From Lama guanicoe (lineage: Eukaryota): DNA of 64,000 bases. The stretch is taken from the NCBI GenBank assembly GCA_013239625.1, contig MU056050.1, positions 4,078,084 to 4,142,083 on the forward strand. Reading direction: 5' to 3'. A model generated the notes under the pieces. The model was not told where the DNA came from. It did not search any database and was given only the letters and a program-made list of their open reading frames with translations. Made by a program: the position numbers and the translations under genes. Of the stretch, positions 52,755-64,000 are shown one piece after another. The stretch's first letter is position 1. Every line of letters starts with the position of its first letter.

Positions 52755-53352
52755 TAGGCAGAATTCTCAGCTAGCCCTCAAGATTTCAACTCTCCAGTGT
52801 CTGTGCCTTGTATAATCCTCTTCCCTTCAATGTGGACAGGGCCTGAGAATTTGAGGGGATATTAGGGCACTAGCTATTTAAATAATCAGTTAATCAAAAG
52901 GAATATTATCCTGCATGGCTGACCTAATCATAGGAGCCTTTAAAGGACTCTGAGCCTTTCCTGAAGTCAGAGAGATTTGAAGCATAAGAGTGTGGAAGGC
53001 CTGTAGAAGATGCCACACTATGTTACAAGGACCCTGGAGTGGCCTCTAGCAGCTGAGAGTGATCCTAGCTGACAGCAAGAAATAAAACAGATCTGAGTCC
53101 CACAGTTGCGATGAATTTAACGTTTCCAACACCCTGAATGGTTTTTCAAAAGGATCCTGAGCTCCAGATGAAAACCTAGTTCAACCAACACCTTGATTTT
53201 AGCCTAGTAGATAAATCCCTGTTCCCTGATCAGAGGACCCAGCTAAGCTGCGTCTGCACTTCTGACCTACAGAACTAGGAAATGAGAAATGGATGTGTAC
53301 CAAGTAACTAGGTTTGTGGTAATTTGTTACATAGCAATAGTAAATAAATACA
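52755..53352 (+). mobile_element. MaLR solo LTR (MLT1E-like), embedded in L2 remnants
   Basis: taggcagaattctcagctagccctcaagattt..tgtataatcctcttcccttcaatgtggacagg; 3' gtggtaatttgttacatagcaatagtaaataaataca. Confidence 0.88.
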
Positions 53353-56300
53353 ATCACTTAACACTAATTAACATTTACTTTTATTTAGCAATGTTTTAGT
53401 TTTAAAAAATAATTGATTAGCAATAATTGCTGTGAATTTCTTGAGGACAGGGACTATGCTTCATTTTATTATACTTGATGCCTATCAGAGTATGTGTATA
53501 AATGAATATTTATCAAACAAATGAATGACAGTGCCTAGTTTCCTCTTGCCACTTAAGACGCCATGACACAGCTAACCACACAGGTTGTTACCCCAGATAA
53601 TGCCCACATCCTAGATTTGTCCCTCCTACTTTTTCCCCTATCCAAATTTACCTGCTGGCAAGTTCTGGTTATTAGAAACCCATTCTCTGCTTTTCATATC
53701 AATAGCTGCTACCCTTTCTCAATTGAGTTTTGGAGAGAGAATTAAAATTAAGCACATATGCCCTAAGGCATTCCTTGTGTGTAATGAAGTAACTATACTT
53801 GTGCATCTAGAATGGTTTTAATTCCATACCATCTTTGGGAAAATTTAGAAAAGAATCACTCAAATAATTTTTTTCAGTGTTTTATGTTTTAGATGAGGAA
53901 CCCATTCACTCTAAGCATGAATGGCTTTATGTGTTATCCCTCCTATTACCAATTTCTTTTTAAATCAATGATTTTTTGAGACTATTTCCAATGAAATTAA
54001 CATATTAAAATTATGTCAATCACCTTGCACAGTCACCCATAAACTATCTTGGAATAGCACTCAGAATTCTTCAAATAATTGTACATAGTCCATTTCTAGA
54101 ACCAGCAGAAAGTCCCAGACCTTTACATCCAAAATTACATATTAAATCAATTCAACAACCCTTTCCACTTTATAAATGCTGATATTTGCATATATTTTTG
54201 CAAAATTTTAATTACTTCTTTAAGATATAGAAGTAGACATGATGTGATGTATATTGCAAAATTGTCTTCCAAAAAGGTGGCAAAAATTTAACTCATTCAT
54301 GATATACAGGAAGGTGATTATTTTCTGTATTCTGGTCAAAAATGTTCAAGTTACTTAGAGAGCAAAATCATTAAGATGGTGAAATAGGTGATTCCTGACT
54401 TCAGTCTCCCTCAAAAGACCAACTAGCAACTATCCATAGACAAGATAGAATTGTGAAAACCTTAAAACATGAGGGTGAGGCAGACCCCTTGGCAAACAAA
54501 GAGAAGGGTCTCATTAGAAGGATGCAAGGAGCCCAGGCCAGCACAGCTCCACACTGGGCCTAAGATTTCTCCAGTAAGAAAAAGAGCTCAAGGTGGACAT
54601 TCAGCTTCCTCAGCATTTCAGGACACTTCCTAGGAGAACCAATTGGTTTTCATCTCACAGAGATCTCTTGGGGAATCTATAGAACTGGATTACTGGGGAT
54701 CAGATAGAAACAGAGAAAAGGGGCAGGGATTACAGCAACAGTGCTCAGATCTTGGCAGGCCATGTTCCTGCAGACGGTGGCCCCCAAGCAGAGAATGCAG
54801 ACAGTGGCTTGGCCCATTTGCAGAGCTTACTTGGTGGCCTTATCTGACCAGGGAGCTCACTAGGCAGTTATGCCTAGTTTGGGTCCCCAGCCAACATATC
54901 ATACTGGCAGTGGAGCACATTCTATAGTCCTTCTTAGGTAGGGAAGCAAGCTCACTGTCCCACCCAACTGCTTAACATAGCCTCTGGTCTGCCCCTCCAG
55001 GAAACCTGGCCACAGATGTCTGGTAGCTGTGGAGCACACTCTGTGACCCACCTGGACAGTTAACCCTTCCCAACTATTGAGCATAGCCTCCAGTCCTGCT
55101 CAACCAGGAAGCCAAGCCAGAGTACCAGGGCAGCAGCAGAGCCCATACTCTGGCCCTGCCTCACAACAGAGGATAGCCTATGGCCTTGCCCAATTTCTGA
55201 GCAAAGCCTGCAGACTTGCCCAGACAGGGATCCCAGCCAGTGACCCAGTCCAGTCATTATAGCCTGTGGCCCCATTCAACCAGGTAAACTGGACCATGAC
55301 CCCACTCAACTGCAAATACACCTTCAGCAGGGTATAGCTGATGACCCTGTCTGATCAAGGAGCCTGGCCAGCAACCTTGTCTAACAACAGAACACAACTA
55401 GCAGCCTGCCAGACTGTGGAACCCAATCTGTGGTTCTGCCCAACTTTGGGCACAGCCTGTGACCCTGTTTGATCACAGTGTGCAGTCAGTGGCACCATCT
55501 GGTGAACAGCCTGAGGCTCTACCCAGCCAGGAGCAATTGCAGAGCCCAGCCTACAACCCTGCCCAATCATGGAGTCCAACCAGCAGCAATGCCCTAGCAC
55601 AGAACAGTCTGTGACCCTGTTCAACCAGAGGTGATTATGGAGCCTAGCTAGTGGCCTCACCTGAACATGGAGCTTAGCCAGCAGCCCCACCCAACCATGG
55701 AGACCAGCCAGTCTTCCTGCTTAAATGTGGATCCCTGCCAGAAGGTATACCCAACTGAAGATCTCAGCCAGCAACAACCACTCCCCATCAAATTTAGACC
55801 AGGAGCAGTCACCTTGGTCACCTACAAACCCTGACAGCTAGCCCTGCTTGCCCACAGATGATACAAGCTCAGCCATCCAAAATCCCAAACTGACAGGTCT
55901 TTCTCTGCTGAAAGTAATCTATAAGAGATTTGATTACTCAAATGTGCAGATATCAATGAATGGATACAAGGATCATGAAGAATCAGGTATGCATGATACC
56001 ACCAAAGGAAACTTATAAAACTCCAATAACTGATCCTAAAGAAATGGAGATCTATGAACTGTCTGACAGAGAGTTCAGAGTAATTATCTAAAAATTCATT
56101 GAACTACAAGGACACACATACAACTAAACAAAATTAGGAAGACAATGTGTGAACAAATTAAGTTCAATTTGTTTGAAAAGAGATAGAAACCATCCCCCCC
56201 CCAAAAAACCCAAACAGAAATCACAGAGCTGAAGAATACAATGACTGAAGAACTCAATATAGAGCTTTAATAGCAGACTCCACCAAGCAGAACAAATCAA

Positions 56301-56823
56301 TGAAGTCAAAAACAAGTCATTTGAAATTATCCAGTTAGAGGAACAAAAGAAAGAATAAGAAAAAGTGAAGCAATTATGAGAAAGACTTATGGGATACTGT
56401 TAAAGAAAACAAATGCACATTATAGGAATCCCAGAAGGAGAAGAGAGAGAAAGGAACAGAAAGTGTATTAAAAGAAATAATGGCTGAAAACTTCATAAAC
56501 TTTGGGAGAAAAAATGGAAATACAGATTCATGAGGTCCAAAACTCCCCAAATAGGTTAAACCAAAAAAAGGGCTACAATGATACACACTGTAATTAGGTT
56601 TTCAAAAGTAAAAGACAAAGAGAGAACATTTCACACTTGTTAGAATGGCTATTATAAAACTGACAAGAGATAACATGTGCTGGCAAGGTTGTGGAGAAAT
56701 AGAACTCTTGTGTACCATTGGTGGCAGTGTAAGTTGATACAGCCACTATGGAAAACAGTATGGAAGTTCTTCAAAAAATTAAAAATAAAACCACCATATG
56801 ATCCATAATCCCACATATGGGAG

Positions 56824-56847
56824 ATATATATATATATATATACATAC

Positions 56848-56878
<31 letters not shown>

Positions 56879-56915
56879 TACATACATATATATGTATGTA
56901 TATGTATATATATAT
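56824..56915. repeat. (TA)n/(CATA)n microsatellite
   Basis: About 90 bp of near-pure TA alternation. Confidence 0.95.
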
Positions 56916-57032
56916 AAATCATAAAAACAGGATCTCAAAGAGATAGCTGCACCCTTTTGTTCACGGCAGCATTATTTACAATGGCCGAGACATGGAAACA
57001 ACTGAGGTGTCCATCAGTGGAGATATCTATAT

Positions 57033-57051
57033 ATAGATAGATAGGTATATA

Positions 57052-57088
<37 letters not shown>
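57033..57088. repeat. (TAGA)n/(TCTA)n microsatellite in inverted arrangement
   Basis: atagatagataggtatatactatctatctatctatc... Confidence 0.9.
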
Positions 57089-57864
57089 GAATACTATTCA
57101 GCCATAAAAAAGAAAGCCCTAACATTTGCAACAGCATTGTTGGACTTTGAGGGCATTATACTATGTGAAATAAGTAAGACATAGAAAGACAAATTGTGTA
57201 TGATCTCATTTATATTTGGAATCGAAAAAACCCAAACTCATAGAAATAGAGAATAGAATGGTGATTACCAGGAGCTGGTGTAGGTGAAATAGATGTTGGT
57301 CAGAGGGTACAAACTTCTAGTTATAAGGCAAATGATCTCTGAGGATCTAATGTGTAACATGGTGATTATAGTTAACAATACTGTATGGTATACTTGAAAG
57401 TTGCTAAGAGAATAAATCTTAAAAGTTTTCAGCACACAAAAATTGGTAACTGTATGTGATAATGGATGGGATGTGTTAACTAATCTTACTGTGATAATCA
57501 TTTTGCAATATATACATGTATGAAGTCATCACATTAGACATCTTAAACTTCCACAATGCTATATGTCAACTATATTTCAATAAACCTGAAAAAATAAATA
57601 AAAGTTTTGAAAACTAAAAAAGTAAAGATAGAAAACAAAACAAAATATTAACTAATGTGTTTGGCACAAGGCACTAGCTTATTATTTTCTATTTATTGAT
57701 TTATTAATGAGGATAGATACCTTTTCATATTCTAATTATAATTTGTTTCTTTTGTTAATGCCATTACATACACTTTGGTAATTTTTCAATTATGGTTTGG
57801 GGTTTCTTTGTTTTGAAAGAGTTCTTTACTTACTGGTAATATTCACTGTTGAATATTTTGCTAT

Positions 57865-58450
57865 ATTAATTTTCTATTTCTGTGCAATATTTCACCACAA
57901 GATTAGTAGCTTAAAACAAGACACATTTATTGACTGACAGTTTCCACGGAGTCTCTTGCAAAGTCAAGCCTGGGCATGACTTAACTGGGACCTCAGATAA
58001 GGGTCTCACAAAGCTGCAATCCAGTTATCAACAAGTCTGCATTCCTTTCTGGAGTTTGGGGTCCTCTCAGAGCTCACCCGATTGTTGGCTGAATTCAGTT
58101 CTATACAGTTGTAGACTGAAGCCCTTAGTTCCTAGAGACTGTCCATAATTCCCTGTCACTTGGTTCTCTCCATAGGCAGTTCTTATCATAGCAGCTTATT
58201 TTTTCAAGACTAGCAGAAAGTTGCTTGCTCTACAGTATGTTATGACTGAGCCTTGTGTATATAATGTGACTTAATCATAAGAGTGACAAGCCATCACCTT
58301 TATTATAAGCATAACCTAATCAGGAGTGAGATCTGCCATTACCTTTGCCATATTTTATTGGTTACAAAAAGTCACAGGCTCTGCCTTCACGTAAGAGAGG
58401 GGATTATACCAGAGCATGACTCAGTGGAGGTCACCTAATAGTATATCTGC
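57865..58450 (-). mobile_element. MaLR solo LTR (MLT1E/F-like)
   Basis: caccacaagattagtagcttaaaacaagacacatttatt..gggtctcacaaagctgcaatc..gagaggggattatacc. Confidence 0.85.
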
Positions 58451-58699
58451 TATATTTGCATTTTCACAGATTACCATTTTCTTTGTATAATTTATGTATG
58501 ATATTTTCTTTGTTGTTTTTTCTCTTTGATATTATATTTTAAAAGAATTCTCCCACTTTGAAATGATATAAATATTCACCATTTTCCATGAAGTATTTTG
58601 TTGCACTTCTCATACTGAAATATTTTTACTGAACTCTCTAATAATAATAGCTAATGTTTGCATAGAATGTAACCCTAGAGTTAAGCACTCTTTTAAAAT

Positions 58700-61600
58700 A
58701 GTTCTTAATTAAACATTTTATTTTAAGAAGAGTGCAGCTTTAAGAAGTAGTTCAGAGAGTTCCCATCTGCCCTTTACCCAGTTTGTCCCTATGGTAACAT
58801 CTTGCATATATACACTATAATATCACACCTGGAATAATACAGAATAAGAATCTCTCATGTTACCCTTTTGTAGTGATACTCACTTCTCTCCCACCCACCT
58901 CTCATTTCCTTAACTCCTGGCAGCCATTAAGCTGTTCACTTCTCTAATGTTGCCATTTCAAAAGTATTATATAAGTTGAATCATACAGTAGACATCTTTT
59001 TAGGATAGGCTTTTTCACTCAGCACAGTTCTCTGAATCCATCATTCATTCATTTTTATTGTCGCATATTCCATGTATTGCAATGTATTTAACGATTCACC
59101 CACTGAAGGACACTGGGTTGTTGTTTTTTTTTTCCAATTTTTGACTATTAAGAATAAGGTTGCTATAAGCATTCATGTGCAGATTTTTGTTATCAACGTA
59201 GGTCTTCATTTTGGGGGGGAAGAATGTCTAGTCATGCAGTTGCTAGGTCATGTGGTGGTGCATGTTTAGTTTTGTAAGAAACTGCCTGATTGATCTCCAA
59301 ATTGACTGAACCATTTTATGTTCCCACCAGCAGAGTTATCCAATTGGTGCATCCTTGCCAGCATTTGATGTTGTCACTGTTTTTTATTTTTAGCCATTAT
59401 GTTAAGTGTGTCGTGATACTCATTGTGTTTAATTTGCATTTCCTAATGGTTAATGGCATTGAGCAGCTTTTCCTGTGGCTATTTAACAACCGTGTATCTT
59501 CAGTAAAATGTCTCTTCCTGTCTTTTGCCTATATTCTAATCAGACTGTTTATTTTTTTACCTTTGAGTTTTGAGAGTTCTTTGAAAATTTTAGATACTAG
59601 TCTTTTGTCAGATATGTCATTTACAAATATTTTCTCCAGCATTAGCTTTTCAGCTTCTTAACAGGATGTTTCACAGAACAAATTTTTAGAATTTTGATTA
59701 AAACCAATTTATCGATTTTTCAATTTATGGAGTGTGCTTTTGGTGTCAAATCTAAGAACTCTTTCCCTATCTCTATAGTCAAGATTTTCTCCTCTGTATT
59801 TTGCTAAATGTTTTATGGTTTTTCATTTTACACTTCCATGATCCATTTTCAATTAATTTTTGTGTACGGTGTGAGACTTAAGTATTTCACTTTTTTGAGA
59901 AATTGAAAATGATATTGTATTTTAAGTTTTGGTGTGTACATGTTCATTGCTAGCATGTAGAAATACAATTATTTTTGCATGTTTTAATATATCCTACGAT
60001 CTTGCTGAAATCATGTGTTCTTTGATTTTTGTGTGTATGGATTCCCTGGGATTTTCTGTATAGACAGTCAGATCTTACCTACAAATAAGGAAAACTTATT
60101 CTTCCTTTATGATTCATGTTTGTTTGTTTGTTTGTTTATTTATTTGCTTTCTTGCACTGTCTAAGACTTTCATCACTATGTTAAGTGATAATTCTGAGAG
60201 AGGACATCCTTGAATTGTCCATGAACTTAGGATAAAGATTTTTCACTATTATGTATAATGTTAGATGTAGTCTTTTTGTGGATAGTCTTAATCAAATGAA
60301 GATGTTTCCCTCTATTCCTATTTTTTCTGTAATTATTTATCATGAATGAGTACTGAATTTTATCAAATGCTTTTTCTGCATTGTTTGATATGATCATGTG
60401 ATTTTTTTTCTTTAGGCTTTTAATATGATGGATTACATTAATTGATTTTTTAATGTTTAACTAGCTTTGTATACATGGTCATGGTGAATAATTCTTTGTA
60501 TATACTGTTGAATTCTGTTTGCTAATATTTGTTAAGGTCTTCTGCATCTATATTCACAAGGGATAGTGGTGGTCTGTAGTTTTCTTGTATTTGCTTTGGT
60601 TTTGCTATCAGTGTATTACTAGCTTCATAAAATAAATTGGGAATTGGTGTTAATTCTTTTTTAAACATTTTGTAGATTTCTCCAGTAAAACCACCTGGAC
60701 CTAGAGATCTTTTGGGGGGAAGGGGGGCAGAGTTTTTAAATTACCAATTAAAGTTTATTAAAAAGTACAGGGCTATTAAAATTGTATATTTCAGATTAAG
60801 TGATGTGGTAGTTTTTGTTTTTCAAGGAAAAGGTTGTTTTCACCTAATTTGTCAAATTTATTGTTGAAGAGTTGTTTGTAGTTTTTTCTCTTATCATCCT
60901 TTGATGTCTTTAGGGTCTGTATTGATAACATTTGTTTTACTTCTGATTGATGATTTGTCTCTTTGCTCTTTGTTATTCTTGCTAGAGGTTTGCCAATTTT
61001 ATTAAACTTTTCAAAGAATCAGATCTTTAGTTTCATTGATTTTCTGTATTGTTTTCCCATTTTCAATCCCATTGGTTTTTAAAAATCTTTATTATATTCT
61101 TTCTTCTGCTTTCTTTGGGCCTATTTTGCTCTTCTTTTCCTAGATTTTTGAGATGGGAACTTAGATTATTGATTTGAGACATTTCTTCTTTTCTAACATA
61201 CACATTTAATGCTATAAATTTCCATCTCAGTACTGCTTTAGCTGCTTCCTATAAATTTTGATATTTTTATTTTAATGTACAGTTGACCCTTGAACGACAC
61301 AGATTTGAACTGTGCGATTCCACTTACACATAGATTTTTTTCAATAGTAAATACTATAGTACTATATGGTCTGCAGTTGGTTGAATGCGCAGATGTGGAA
61401 CCAAGATATGGAGGAACCGTGTATACAGAGGGCCAATTATAAGTTACATGCAGATTTTCGACTACCTGGAGGGTCAGTGTCCCTAACCCCCATGTTGTTC
61501 AAGGATCTATTTTATTATCCTATGAGACTTCCTCTTTGACACATGCATTATTTAAATATATGTTGTTTAGTTTCCAACTGTTTGGAAATTTTCCTAATAT

Positions 61601-62345
61601 CATTACATTATTGAATTTAGTTTGATTTCATTATATTCGAAGAATACAATCTATTATATGATTTCAAATTTTTATATTTATTAAATTCCCTTTTTTTGTC
61701 TGAGGATATGGTCTATGGAAACATGTAAAAAATATGTATTCTGCTGTTGTTGGGTAAAGTATTCCATAAATGTCAATTAAATCCTGTTAGATTCTACTTA
61801 GATATTCTATCAGTTTCAAGACAAAGGTGTTAAAGTATTGTGGATTTATCTATTTCTTCTTTCAATTCTATCAGCTTTGTCTCCTATAATTTGCAGTTCT
61901 GTTGTTTGGTGCATACACATTTAGAGTTTCTATGCCTCCTCTTTTACATGATGTCATCTTGTGTCTTTGGCAATTTTCTTTGTGCTGAAGTTGACTTTAT
62001 CTGATAATAATATAGCCACTGCTGCTTTCCTTTGATTAAACTTTGCATTGTGTGTGTGTGTGTATATATATTCAACTTGCCTATATTATATTCAAAGTGA
62101 GTTTCTTGTAGACAGAATATAGTTGGGGTAGGCTTTATACATCCATTGTGATAATCTCTGTGTTTCAATTAGATCATATACATTTAATATAATTATTTTA
62201 GAGCTTAAGTCTGCCATTATATTCTTTTGCTTTATGCCTTTGTTCTCTCCATTTTTTGTTTGACTCTTTTTCTTTTCCCACCTGTGGGTTTTCTGAACAT
62301 TTTTCACAGCTTCATTTTGATTCATTCATAGTACTTTTGAGTATC
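58700..62345 (-). mobile_element. LINE-1 (L1MB/MC-like) 3'UTR through ORF2 start
   Basis: cagagagttcccatctgccctttacccag (3'UTR); ttttggtgtcaaatctaagaac; tcaaatgctttttctgcat; minus ORFs 61944-62325 give endonuclease N-terminus IIILNVYDL and PTIFCLQETHF. Confidence 0.92.
61280..61512. mobile_element. Tigger2-derived MITE nested in L1
   Basis: TA|CAGTTGACCCTTGAACGACAC left TIR; right end catgttgttcaaggatctattt is the degenerate inverse. Confidence 0.88.
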
Positions 62346-62392
62346 AAAAACTCAGTAAGACATGGTCTCTGCCCTTGAGGGAATCATAGTGA

Positions 62393-62615
62393 ACAGCAGT
62401 ATTTCTCAACCCTGTATACCCATCAGTATAACCTGTTGATATATATAGATGATAGATAATAGATATTATATAGATTTTATAGATTGATATTATATATTAT
62501 GTAATATCTAGATATATTATATCTATCTGTCCTTCTATCTTCCTATATCGTACATAGAGATTCTAATTTTGTGGGACTAAGTTAGGATCCAGGTTCTGAT
62601 GTTTAAAACTACCAC
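62393..62615. mobile_element. MER5-like hAT-Charlie MITE with internal TA/TAGA low-complexity expansion
   Basis: cagtatttctcaaccctg..agagattctaattttgtggga..gtttaaaactacca. Confidence 0.55.
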
Positions 62616-62884
62616 AGTTTGATTTTTTCTTGTCCTTTTTTATAACAGCTTTATTTAGATATAATTAATATATTATAAAATTCATAATTTTGAAGTGTCA
62701 TTGGTTGATAGTATATTTGCAGAGTTTTGCAACAGTCAGAGCTATCTACTTTCTACCTCTATGGATTTGCTTATTCTGGATCTTTCCCATGAATAATGTT
62801 GCTACAGACATTCTTGTACAAATTTTGTGTGCATCCAAAGTTTGATTCTGATATCCTACTGAAACTGTGAGCCAATAATCTAGA

Positions 62885-63077
62885 ATAGCACTATTATAAT
62901 CTTCTGCATTAATGGAAATAGTGCGTAGTGGCAACATCCAAAGCAGTAGCTGCTGGCCAAATATTACTATTAACCACTTGTAGGAACTGTGGTGAAATTT
63001 TAATTTTATTTCTTTTTAATTAATTTTTATTTTGTTAGCCACATGTCACTAATGGCTACCATACTGGACAGCATAGA
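62885..63077. mobile_element. MER3-like hAT-Charlie MITE
   Basis: ttctgcattaatggaaat..ttagccacatgtcactaatggctaccatactggacagcatag. Confidence 0.75.
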
Positions 63078-63169
63078 ATAGGACCTGGGTTTAGGAAGAT
63101 AAATATTCACAATAAAATATGGATTTGTAAAGAATGAGGATGTAGACAGGGGACAAGAGAGAAAATAAT

Positions 63170-63320
63170 TTTAAAATTCCACTTTGAGAAGATGAGGGTC
63201 AGAACTAGGCCAATAGTAGCAGAGATAACCTGAAGAGAAAAAATCCAAGAGACATCTTAGACTAGACATGGAAAGATTGATGATTTAGGGGAATGGAGAG
63301 GGAGGAGTCCAGGAGGACTT
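63170..63320 (-). mobile_element. L2 fragment
   Basis: agaagatgagggtcagaactagg..gattgatgatttagggg..gggaggagtccaggaggactt. Confidence 0.6.
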
Positions 63321-64000
63321 TAGCCCTGCTGTATGTCTAGGCCTCACCTTGATATGTGTATATACTTTTAAGTTTGTTTGTTAACGTTTGGCAACATATA
63401 GGCATTCCCTTTAAACTCTGCCAATATTCAGTTAATTAAAATCTGAAATTCATTGGTAGAAAAGTATACTCACTACAAATTTGAAAACATTAACAGTTAC
63501 CATTACAATTTTCATGACTGCCATTCTTAGTTTTTTCATTTGACTAGAAATTTCAATATTTATTTTGATGCAGAAAAATACACTTAACAGGCAGTGCTTG
63601 TGCTATTATTATATTGAAGAAATAACCAAGGAAAAATTTGCAACTTTTACTTCCAAGGTGAATTTGTAATCTACGAAGGTCTTCATATCACTATTGTCCA
63701 AAAATGGACATTCTTCTGTTTTTATATTTGCAAAGCATATCAGGAACTTTGGTAGCAATTAATTCTAGACAGTAGAAGCATAAGTTTTTGTTGTATTATG
63801 TGTATATTTTGTTATTTTAAAAATTAAAAGTTAGGAAATACATTTAAAATGACCACTATAAAAATATCTTGATCCTTAAAAATGAAAGTGTTTTACTATA
63901 TGATATTTAACTGATAGACCTACACAATTTTATTATTCGTTAATCCTACTCTTGGCCATATATTCTATAGGTGCGTGCTAATAATAAGAGATGAACAAAT

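Larger units (their letters stand above)
54355..57640 (+). mobile_element. LINE-1 (L1MA-like): long 5'UTR with internal repeats, ORF1, large deletion, ORF2 tail, 3'UTR and A-rich tail; inserted in an older antisense L1
   Basis: aagatggtgaaataggtg start; ORF1 about 55970-56625 (gatcctaaagaaatggagatctatgaactgtctgacagagagttcag); junction to cacacttgttagaatggctatt; ends tatatttcaataaacctgaaaaaataaat. Confidence 0.92.

Noticed and set aside
54643..55690. Cluster of overlapping ORFs / CRISPR-like array
   Set aside because: Degenerate L1 5'UTR repeats; no constant repeat with unique spacers, and the context is mammalian.
63640..63770. Minus-strand terminal-exon-like frame (ELIATKVPDMLCKYKNRRMSIFGQ*)
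   Set aside because: Short, unrecognised and without other support.

Overview
AT-rich, CpG-depleted mammalian DNA, intronic or intergenic, dominated by old interspersed repeats. A tRNA-Ala-derived SINE resembling camelid Vic-1 suggests a camelid. Repeats include large degenerate LINE-1 copies on both strands, L2, MIR, MaLR/ERVL solo LTRs and Tigger/hAT MITEs. I found no intact protein-coding gene, CRISPR array or functional RNA gene; nearly all ORFs in the track are repeat remnants or chance. The standout is an apparently full-length fossil Mutator-family (Phantom-type) transposase at about 10184-11650, with an N-terminal FLYWCH-like finger, all three DDE motifs and CxxH still readable through stops and frameshifts. 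It is preceded by a candidate 90-nt 5' intron and a nested inverted-repeat hairpin. Repeat family names come from recalled consensus sequences, subfamily calls are tentative, and boundaries are approximate.
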